A stretch of DNA of 64,000 nucleotides from IMG/VR virus record IMGVR_UViG_3300035698_010479, positions 124,001-188,000 of that record, one strand, 5' to 3'. The notes below the pieces were generated by a model that did not search any database, was not told the DNA's origin, and saw nothing but the letters and a program-made list of their open reading frames with translations. Made by a program: the position numbers and the translations under genes. Positions 47,769 through 59,700 of this stretch are shown piece by piece (the stretch's first letter is position 1; every line of letters begins with the position of its first letter).

Positions 47769-50700
47769 TTATACTCTCTTTATTGAATATATATGAGTCA
47801 TTGCATTGTTCTGGCTTTCTTTTAATTCATTTATAGACACATTAAGTACTTGTTTCAATGTTATTATTGATGAGGTTAGCCCAGATACCTCTGAAGAAGT
47901 AGCTAGCATATCTTTCTTAAGTCCAGCTATTTCAGATTTCTGATTAATATCTAGTACGGGCAATTCAGCAACAATATCCTTTACGGTAGTTTTAATTAAA
48001 GATATCTGATCGGCAGAACTTTTCTCTAAATTACCTACACGAGAATCAAAATCTTTTAAAGTACTAGCGAACATATCACCCATATCAGCTCCCACAGAAC
48101 TTGTTTTAACATTAATATCCTTCAACTCATCTAAACCTAATATCTTAATATCTCTTAAATTCTCTAGGCCTGTTATTGATATATTTTTCAATTGGTCTAT
48201 ATTTTCAATTCTAATATTAGCTAATTTTTCTAATCCCTCAACTTTTATATCTCTTATACTATCTATACCAGTTATCTTAATATCATGTAGGTCATTTATA
48301 CCTTCAATTTTGATATTCTTAAGCTCACTCAAACCTTCTATCTTTATATCTTTTAGGTCACTCAAACCTTCTATCTTTATATCACGTAAGTCGCTCAAAC
48401 CTTCTATCTTTATATCGGTTAGTTTATCAATACCTTCAATTTTTATATTGGTTAATTTATTTAAAGACTTCTCAAGGTTACTTACAATTTTCTCAAAAGC
48501 ATCTAAACCTTCTATTTCAACTGTCTGCTTTGCTGGTGCTTGTGTATTAATACTAGCTGAGTTATTTTGAGTAGTGTTATTACCAAAGTAATTTTTGTCC
48601 AGTATTACTTCCCCACCTTCTAAAAAGTAACTGCCGGATTTATGTGCAACACCACCATTATGTCTAACCTGTCTACTTAAATTGTTAGAGTTAACATCAC
48701 CGCCTGCTAGGAAATTATTTTTAGTGTTATCACCTCTTGTAAGTATCTCCCCTTGTTTTTGTTTAGTCAGCCTGCTTATTATTTCTATCAACATTTTTTC
48801 AGGAATGGTGCCTGACATAGACTGCATATATTTCTTATAAAAATCTGGGTCGTTACCTGCACGTGTAGTGAAACCATTTAGTTGTTCATTATATGTACGT
48901 AAACCATCTATATTTCGTTCACTTCGTTTTTTAAATGTACCTTTACCATACTTTTCATCCACTAGTTTAGCCATGTCTGATTTACGCTTATCTAAGTAAA
49001 AACTCTCAAAATTACTAGAATGTTGAAAAGCTTCAGACATCATAAAATTAGCTTTTTGATTTGTAGCTACAGCAGCCATACCACCAGCACTGGCCAAAGT
49101 TTTTACATTTCGGTCAGTTATAGATAAACTTTTAAAAAACGATTCTCTACCTTTATCATCTAATGTAGAAAGATACGCTTTTCTTTCTGGAGTATCGGCG
49201 CTTGCCAGATTAACTCTTTTTTGTAGTTCAGATAAAGCATCTGGACCTTTATTTAAATTATCAGCAACGAATGGGGTCCCTTTACCTGTACCATTCATAA
49301 CTGTAAGACCCTTTATATCACTCCAACGTTTTGTAGGTAGATTAACACTAGCACCAGCTCTAGTTGCATCAATTTGCTTTGCTATTAGTTTAGTAGTAGG
49401 TTCTTTCATAGCATTTTCGTAGTATGCAGTATTACCCCTACTTATATTACCTAGTTTAGTAATTTCATCAGTTAATTGTTTTTTGCCCTCTTCTTCTTCA
49501 GGTGTAACTGCATGAGTTAGATTAGCATCCTGTAAGCTAAGATGTAAACCCCTACTGTCTATTGAGTTGCTATCTCTAAATTTAGCTAAAGAACTTATTT
49601 TATTTATTAATTGTTCAGTAGTTTCCTCGGAGTTAATAATATTATTACTAGAAGTACTATTATCTAGACTGGCAGCAACGCGTTCTTTTAAAGATACACC
49701 AGAAGTGTTCTGATTACTAGGTGTTAAGCTAGTATTGTTTTGCCATACACCTTTATTATCTTTATAAACATCTGTTGTATAAACTTGTTTAGGTTCACTA
49801 GGGTAAGAAACTATAGCGTCTTTACTGTACATATCAAATAGCTGCTTTCTTAACTTTTCTTGTTCATCTACAGAGCCGCCTTTCGCAAAGCCTTTGGTGG
49901 CTATGGAGTCAACCATATTTTTTAAGCCTATAGGTCCAGTGCGTGTAACTATATTAATCAGTGAAGCACTATCACCATATATGGCTTGACCTTTACTCAT
50001 AACTTCTTTCAATAATGCTTTGTTATTCATTATTTCTTTAGTATATTTAGAAACATCCAAATTCGTTCCCATAATACCTTGGGCTTCTTTTAGATAACCA
50101 GATAGTCCTGATTTTGTTGTTACATTAGTAGCTTTAGATACTACATTTTTAAATAAGGCAGCAGAACCAAAGCCCGATAAGATATCTACTGGGTCTATCA
50201 TTGGTGTTTCTAAACCACCTATCTGCTGTGAATAGTCTTTCTCATTGGCAAAGCCGTGGTTATTATAATCTTCTTTGGACCATGAAGATCTTATGGTAGC
50301 ATCATCTGGTAATCTACCGCTGTTAAAGGCATCAGCAGTTGCTGTCCCACCAATTTTTGCGACCTCTTCAGGAGTTAATAGTAACTCACCATTACTAACA
50401 TTGATGGGTACTTGGCCACCTTTTGCAAACGAATTAAGCCTGCTTTTGGTAGCTTGAGCATATTTAGCCTGTATAACATATGAACCAGAAGGTACAGCCA
50501 TTGATATATCATCTGAAGTACCAGTACCAGCACCCCTGATTATAGATCCTACAGTTCCACCAGAAGCAAGGCCTGTTGGGTCAGAGAATGACCTAGAAAG
50601 TATATCACCCACCTTACTTAACTCTTCCATAAAAGTAGGTGATTTATCCACCTTTAATACACCTAAAGCCTCTACTAGTTGTGAACTTGTCAACAGGGTA

Positions 50701-53700
50701 TTAATTATTTTATCCGTCTGTGCATTAAGCGCAGATACTACTGGATTAGAAGAAACAGAACTAAGAGCATTCTTTAATTCATCCTTACTAGCACCACCCA
50801 AACTTTCAGTTGTTTGAGAAGATACTTCACGCATGGAATTAAAATCTTGTTCATTTATGGGCGTTCCACGGTCAACTAAACTATTCATTAAATCGTTTAA
50901 TTTTTTGTAACCATTATCTAGACTAACTATAGCAGATCTATCAGATTCCTTATTTTTGGATACTCCAGCAGTATCAAAATCGGTATAATTGTTATCAGCT
51001 ATGCGCTCTTGTATTTTTATACGGGAAGAAGCAATTGCTGCCTGATAATCTTGTCCTGGCCTAATCGCGTCACGTATAGCTTGCGAAGAACGTAATCTCT
51101 CTTCATGTTGTTTGTATTCTTCTTGTTTCTTTGGTAGATTAGCATTTCCTAGTTTGGCCTGCATCCATTCCTGAGGAGAAGTACTTTGCCCATGCATAGT
51201 TTTAAGATACTGTGCCTTCTCTATATCAAACTGGTTGGACTTACCGCTTATTAAAGTACCTCCACCATTTCTAGCAAAATCCTCACGCTGATTTATATCT
51301 ATTTGTTGAGGTGCAAATGGACTTGAACCTCCATATAAACTATCCAATTTACTTTGCAGACCGGATGCCCCCATAGAGGCAGCATACATTGAAGTTTTTA
51401 CACTAACAATAGCAGTTTCAAATTGTTTTGCTGCATCGGTGGCTTCCATAAAATTACTCATCTTCATACTAGCAACTTCTAGTGCATGTCCAGTTTCTTC
51501 TAACTCCTTTTTAGCTGCAGCAAGTGCTAAAGTTTTTGTAACAATATCACCTGATACTATACTAGCTTGAGCACCCTTACCAAAGTAACCGTTATTAGAT
51601 GTTTGAGGGTCTTCTAATTTAAGATTATTTAAGGTATCTTCTAACTCTTTAACTTTCTGTAATTGTCCATCATATAAATTAGTATTTACTTTATATTGTG
51701 ACATAGTATCTTTCATACCAGCACTTGCTTGAAGATGTGCATATTGTGTGTTACTTATACTATCCACACTATTAGGTATTAAAGATATATCATTTGTAGC
51801 ACCTCTTAGTCTACCACCCATACCTCTATTATTAACATTATACAATGCATCAGTACGTACACTGGTAATAGTAGCAAGTTTATTTTTAATATTCTCTATA
51901 GTTCTAGCTGCTGCGTCTGTCTCTTTAATTACAGAATGTAATGCTACCCTATAGCCATCTTGTTTTTCTGTAACATTTTCAAGTTCTTTACCTATGTCTT
52001 TTAAAAAATCGTCCCATTTTTCAAGTTCATCAGCATCAGTAGCTTGTGATCTATTCTGCAAACCAGCATTCATCCTCGAAGTAAGACCTACTTTTTTATC
52101 TTCTAAAGCTGAGTACTCTTTTAAAACATTCTGTCCTCTATATTTATGGTTCAGAGAGTCCTCTGGATTAACAGAGTTTATAACCCTTAAAGAGAAATTT
52201 TTAAAATCCTCGGCCCAATCTGTTGGCCCGTAAATACCTTTTTGATCTTCTTTTCTTTTTTGAACTAGTTGGTAAAGTTCCATACTATTTAAATCGGTAA
52301 CCCCTTTGGTTTCTATATTTAAATCTTTAGGTCCAGAGAAGCCCTCAAAAGCACCAGTACCAAGTTTAAGAGAATTCTTAAAATTTTCAGCAAAATTAGC
52401 ATCAGCTATTGACTTATTCATAGCCTCAATCTGCATTAAGAATTTTTCAGCAATATCTGCCTTTCTCATCTCTTCTTTTAGTGTGGCTATCTCTTTATTA
52501 TACTTGTCATGCTCAGATATTAAAGAACTTTCAATAGCCGCAGTATCATCAAGTGCTTTATTATATTCTTTCGCAGTATCAAAAATTCTGGATACTTCTT
52601 CAGTGGGTACCTCTGCCCCGTTGTTACCGTCAGCCATTGGGTTACGTGTAGTATCATAAACTTTTTGAGCTGCCTCTGAATTAGCAAGTATAGCATCATA
52701 TATTGCAGTGTTTTCACCCTCGGCTAAATTACCTAAGTCTGTTGCTTTGGTTTTATCAGCTGATTTCTCTGCAGCGTACCTTGATAAAGTAAATGCTGAA
52801 GCAGCAGCTGCCGCTTGAGCGAACCTATTCACACTATCTTGGTCAAGTGATACAACAGACGCTGGTAAACTAGAAACTTCACCACCATTGGTATATCCCC
52901 TAACTACACCACCATTAGCAAAAGAAGTCTTTTGTCCGTGTTGTAATTTTTTTAGGTTTGTCTCACCTATTTTAGAAGCGTCTTCAGGTGATATAAAGTA
53001 TTCCCCATTACTTACACGTATATCTGATTTTGCTGACCCGCCGGATGCAAACTCGATCTGTTCTTTAGCATTCTGTGCATACTTAGAAGGTACTATAAAA
53101 GAACCGTCTGGCACGTCATTCATATTGATAGAGTCAGATGTACCTGTTCCAGGACCTTTAATCATACCTGAACCTACAGTACCACCGCCAGCATGTCCAG
53201 CTAAAGAGTCGTTATACTTATCGTAAATGTCTTCATCTTCATTTAAATTTGCATATAATAGTGAGCCTCCAGCAGCTCCTAAAGTTCCTGTAGCAAGCGC
53301 CTCATACATTTTAGGATTTGCCTTCTTAAATGCCTCATAGGCACTAGGGGAAGCCGTAGCGGTTGCTTTAATTGCAGCTGTAGTTTTTCGAGCACCTGTT
53401 ACTAAATTTTTATTTTGTAAAATTTTCCCTATTTCGGCCAAACCAGAGGCAGCTGCTCCTATACCTAAACCAACGCCTGTACCAGTTAATTTTAATAAAC
53501 CCTTAAGCCCTGTAGATATAAAACCACCACTAGCGTAAGATTCCTCTTCATTGTTAAGCAAGGAATAAGCACCTAAAGATCCTGCGGCAATTGCAGAATA
53601 TTTTAATTTTGACATTTTAGATAGTTTATCCTGCAAGCCAGCTTTTGTATTTTTTATATCTTCTAAATTAGGTGCTTTACTAGATATAAAATCCTTACCC

Positions 53701-56700
53701 ATAAGTGCACCATCAATTAAGAAACTGGCAGCTGTACCAACACCAGGAATGTTACTAACTAATCCAGAAGCCATTTCCATACCGGCACCTAGATAGTCAC
53801 CTATGGCTGCTCTTTCAGCAGCAAATCCTGCGGCGGCTACTGTACCTATGCCTGGTATCTTTTTAAGGCCTATCTTACTTGCAGCCTTAGCTGTATATTT
53901 ACCTATAGTGCCTTTTGTGTTACTTATAGCATCCCCTAAAAACATTTTAGTTACTTCAGAATTAAAACCAGCTTTCTTACCAAAAGAAGCTGCAATATCA
54001 GCTCCTTTTGTTTCAGCAGTAGCTTGGAAAGCTTTAAGCTTGTCTAAGGTATCAGCCCCAAACCCCGTGGCCTTACTGTAGCCTAATGGGTCTGATACTG
54101 CACCTTTTAAAAGAGTAGCTTGATAACGAGCTTTTTCTAAAGTATCCCCTAAAAACATTTTAGTTACTTCAGAATTAAAACCAGCTTTCTTACCAAAAGA
54201 AGCTGCAATATCAGCTCCTTTTGTTTCAGCAGTAGCTTGGAAAGCTTTAAGCTTGTCTAATCTGTCATTAACGTAGCCGCCGTCAGCGTACATAACTGGT
54301 GGACCATTTTTTAAAGCGTCTAATACTGGTTTTAACTTTTTACGCTGTTCTTCAGTTAAAACTTCCTCACCTGCAGTAAGTAGGGATGGTTGTACATCAC
54401 CTGTACCTGGTACTATTTGTTTAACGGTACCACCAGTAGAAAACTTTTGTATGAAACCTCCAGCAGCATTACCTGGAGTAGATTCAGAACTACCATTAAC
54501 TGCATCTGTATTGTTTTTTAATGCTTCAACTAAGGCGTCCAATGCGCCTAAAGATGCTGTAGCTGCGTAATCAGCTGCTTTACCTGTAAATTCTCCGGCT
54601 GAAGACATTTTACCTTTTATATCTTCGTAAGACTCACCAGTTTTTATCTTAGCACCCTCATATACTTTTGAAGCTTCTTCTTTGAGGTTGACCTCCTCAC
54701 CACGTGCCATTTTATCCGCAGAAGATTTAATAGCATCTTGGCTTGTGGTTTTAACATACTCTTTTAACTCAGCTAATTTATCTTTTAAATCTTGTGCACC
54801 TTGATTAACAGATTCCTTTGTATTTTCGCGTAAGTCTGCATTTGGATTTTCTACTTTACGTTTAAATTCTTTAGCTTTCCATTCAGCGTCAAATACAACG
54901 TTATCTTTTGTATTACTAAATGATTTTGATGCAGCTGAATATTTTGCATCTCTATCATCATTTTCCTTATTAGGTGTTACCTTAAGGTCTAAGGTTTCTT
55001 CTGTAAACTGCTTCATAAAACCTTCAGAGGCATCCTTAAATCTACTAGCAGCTTTACCTTGTTTTAGTGTACTGAATATACCATCGTCTTTCATTGCTGC
55101 AGCAAATATCGTAACTTCTTTACCAAAATCTTTTACCAACGGTGGCAAATCATCACCGGTCATACCTTGATTTAATTTAGCTGCACCATAAACACCAAGA
55201 GCTGCCCCGCCTGCACCAATTCGTTTGATATTGTCTTCGGACATTCCTAAATTACGCGCTAAAAGCATACCGCCAGAAGTACCACCGGCAGCATATCGCA
55301 TAGTACCATACATTCTAGCTTTCTTCTCTTCTGCAGCTTTGGCAGTTGTGAGTGACTCCATCTGAGGAGCATAGTCAATGAAGCCTACTTCGTTCTCTCT
55401 CTTTTTTAGATCTTGAATTTCTTTTTCATAATTTTCAATCTTCTTATTTGAGAAGTTGCTATTAAAGGCTTGGTATACACCAAAACCAGTAGCGGCTCCG
55501 GCTATATTTTTTGAGTTTAGTATTGTGCTCTCTTTTGACTTAGCTATATTTTCAGCTTGTATGCTCTGTACACCCTCTACAGTTTTATCGAAAGTAGGTG
55601 TACCTTTCTTGGTTACTAAACCAAACCAAGATTTTTCGTCAGGCATATTAGCTTTCATTTCTGAAGATAATGTTTTGAAATCCAAACCACCAAAAGCTCT
55701 CTGAATAAGTTCTTCACCTTTGAAGTCGCCTGAACCAAATATACCACTATTTACTTTATTAGTAGCACCAACTATACCCATACGGTCTACCAACTGCTTA
55801 GTAAGGTTATCTAAAGCAGCATTTGCTTTAGTAGTTTTATCAACATCTCCAGCAGAAGCTGCCTCATTTCTAATAGATGCTACCCGGTCTAATGCCTCGC
55901 TTAAACGTTCATTTTTAGTAATATTTGGCGATGGTAACATGAAATCCAATGCGTCCATAAAACTAGTTTGCATAGCTTCAGAACCAGCCGTATCCGATAG
56001 ATTATTTAGTATTTCATCTAATTTATCTACAGTTTTAGCAGTGTTCTCCGCAGTATTACTAGTATCTATCTTAAGTTCTGCAATACCTAAATCACCTGTC
56101 TTAGCTACTATGTCTGTGTATTTAGCAAAATCCTTATCACCTATAGTCGAACCAAAACCACCTGATAGATTTTTTATACTTTCTAGAGCTACTTTTGATC
56201 TTTCTACAGTATACATCTGTTCAGCTTTACCAGATTTTCTAATTTCTAACTCTTTAAGTTTTTTGGAGTTTTCTTCAAATTTAGAAGACTTTATTAATAA
56301 TCGTTCTTGTGAAGATAAATCTGCCTTATTATATTTACCTAAATCTACGTTGGCTAATGAAGCATCTCTACCTTTTAATAGACCAGAAGTTTCTTTTGAT
56401 AAAGGAGATCTTGTCTTCTCTACTGCTATGTTTTCCTTAACAGCACGAGTATTAGCTTCCATAGTTTTAGTCAAATCAGCGAATACTGCACGATACTGTA
56501 AAACTACTTGATTATTTCTAAGTATATTTTGAAGCTTCATTAGAGACTCGTAAAGACCAGTCGACATTTCAACACTACTTGTGTCCAAACCGTCAAGATG
56601 CATTTTTTCCAACTGCTCTAAACTAGTTTTGTATTCATGGAGAGGTTTATTGTAATATTTTTCAAAATCATCAGCCCAACCTTTCTGAAAAGGTGACTCA

Positions 56701-59700
56701 CCAAAACCTTCAGTAGGATTAAAACCTTTATCTCCTTGAATAATAGTAGATGTACTAATGTCGCTAAAGAAACGTTCTCCAAGATTGAAGTCTGTTTTGA
56801 ACCCCTTCTTAGCTAGACCTACTAACCCTGCACTGGCACCAGTAATAATAGTACCTAACGCATCTATTCTTTCGGACATATCTTGTTCTATAACTTTAGT
56901 TGGTAATATAGATTCAACTAAATCCTGCATATTATTATCAAATTTACGTTCGTCTATTTTTAAAGTCTTAGAGTTAAAGTAAGTAGCTACCCATTCAAAT
57001 ATACCATCTGAAGTTTCCTTAAGTTTTACAATGGCTTGTTGTCCTGCCATATTGAAACCTTTGGCAGCGTCATCTGTAAAAGTAACTAGGTCACCGCTTA
57101 ATACTTTACCCTCTCTTTTTGATACACCAGCAGTTTCTGTATTAGCTACACTAAGTGCTTTAGTAGCACCAAGATTATTACTTTCAGGGAACAAACGTTT
57201 CATTACCTCTGCTCCTAATACATCCTCTTTTGTAACCTTTCCTTTCACACCTTTAACATTAAACTGGGGCTCAACGTCTATCATCAACTGATAGCCCGCC
57301 TGTAATTCGTCAGCACCCATTATACTAGCTACTTCGTCTTTACCAAAACCAGCTGTTGGTATGTTTGATAATGATCTTTTAAATTCAGAATATGTAACAT
57401 TAAAAGTATCTTTAATCTTAGCCAATTTACCCTGTAGATTTTTTATATCGTCATCATAAACTGTGGACATGGGCGAAGCGTTTTTCTTTGCAACTAAATT
57501 ATTAAGCTTTCCTGTAAGTATTTCAAGACTTTTAGCAGGTGCTACACTTATCTGATTACTTATTAATTCACCTATAATAGGTATCTCTTTAGTAAGGTCT
57601 TTAAGTTCACTCTTCCACGTTTCAGAACCATCTGTTTTTGTTAGTGCCTCTATATGTCTAGCAGCAACACTAGAATCCTTTGCGGCTAAATCTCTAACTT
57701 TAGACCTCTCAAAAGTATTTAAAAGTGTTTGATAATTATCAGAAGTTCTTAGGATAACATTACCAAGCTTGTCGTAACCAGAGATCATATTTGTATTTTC
57801 TCTAGCTATTTTTTCACCTAATTTTAATGCGTCTGTCTGTACAGATGATAGGGCATTTAAAGGATTAACATAGGTACCAAGATACTTCTGTCTATCAGCA
57901 GTTGCTGGGTCTTCACTTTTAGCTACATCCTTTAACTTTCTCTTAATATCCCCTGTAGATTTTTCAGTATCTCTGATACTAAACAAATCTGTCTCATCTT
58001 TTGTTATGGCACCATACATAGAATCAGCAAAATCTTTAGAAGATCTTGTCGTCTTCATGAATTCAGCGCCAAGTGTTTTTATAGCGGGTGTCAACAAACC
58101 CAAAGTTAATAACATTGGTGCCATAGATTTTATAACACCTGCGTTATCTTTGGCCCAGTTTTTAAATATATCCCCACCGGCACCTAATTTTTTTGAAAAC
58201 TCATCTATAAAGATACCAGCAGCAGCACCACCTAATCCAGCCACCTCTGTTGCCACACCTAGGAAAGATGAAGCAACTTTACCTATACCTTTCATACCGC
58301 CTAAAGCAAATGCACCTTTTACGCCTTCTGATTTAGAATATTTTGATGCTGCCCCACCTGCCAAATCTTTATATGTAACATCTTCGTCTTTTCCATATTT
58401 ACCACCGCCTAGCGATGATACAACGGCACTCAACCAAGAGCTACCTCTAACCATAGATTGTCCAAAACCCTGACCAGCTTTACCAGTACCTTGTAAACCC
58501 CCTCCTACTGTGTCATTAAAAGATTTTCCAGCTGATACTAACATGTAAGCAGCCTTTCCTAAAGCTGATTCAAAATCTCTAATACCTTTACCCTGGCCTC
58601 TGCCTTCTACTTGGTCAGCTACTAATGTTTTCAAACCTCTTGAAGATGGGTCAGTAGCCCCTGCACCCATTATTTCAAAAGAAGCTGTTTTAAGTTCATC
58701 TTTTATAGAACCTATTAAATTACCAACTATAGGTGTACCACCAGAAAAGAAGTTAGATATAGTATCTAGAATTTTAGCGCCTTTAGATAAATAGGTAAAT
58801 AACCCTAACGCGGCTACACTGGCTATCTTAAAAGAGGCTGGTATAGCAGAGACAGTTTCAGCCATAGCTCGCATACCCTGAAGACCAAACTTGGCTGCTG
58901 GGAAAGCTATTTTACCAAAAGCCAACTGTAATTCTAGGGAAGCTGACTTGGTCTGTTCAACTTGTTTCGAGTAAGTCTGCATTAACTCTGCATTTCTTCT
59001 TGAAGCCGAACCTTGTGAATTCATACTATCTTGCACGCCGTCCAATGCTTCCTGCCAGTTATCCATAAGAACAAGTAAAGAGTTATATTGTCTAGTACCA
59101 CCTATAGCCTGTGCTACAGTTAGTTTCTGGGCACTATTTAACTCTTTCCATTTCTCTGCTAGGCCGCTAAGAATATCAAAGCCGCCACGTAACTCACCTG
59201 CACCGGTTATAGTAGGAACATTAAGCTTAGCCAACTCATTAGGTCCTTTCTCAGAAGATAATCTTCTCATTATAAATCTCAAGGAAGTACCTACCTCTTT
59301 ACCAGACTGTCTAGTAACAGAACCTATAGAGGCCACAATACCGTTTAACTGGTCAAAAGTAATACCAGCTGTGCTAGCAGCTGCTGCTGACTTTTTAATA
59401 GCTTCAGCCATATCACCTGCTGTAATAGCATGTTTAGATTCAACTTCAGACCATGAATCTAAGAAACGCATAGATCTATCACCCTCAGTTCTAAACACCT
59501 TCATAGCTGCGGTAAGAGCTTCTGTAGCATCTTTTGCTTTTAACGTAGTAACGTTAGCAGCCAACATAGATGTGTTAGTTCTATCGGTAACTTCTGATTG
59601 AGACAAGCCCTGTTGCGCGTATACAACCATAGCATCTATAACACCAGTAGTACCGGTGCCATACTCTTTGGCCATACCAACAGCCGATTTCTGTAAACCG

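Noticed and set aside
48120-48449. 33-bp repeat as a CRISPR array
   Set aside because: Tandem units without unique spacers, in frame, and diverging at the codon level.
53931-54260. 117-bp repeat pair as a DGR template/variable repeat or mobile-element ends
   Set aside because: The copies are identical (no adenine-specific mismatches), both are in frame within one gene, and no reverse transcriptase or transposase is present in the window.
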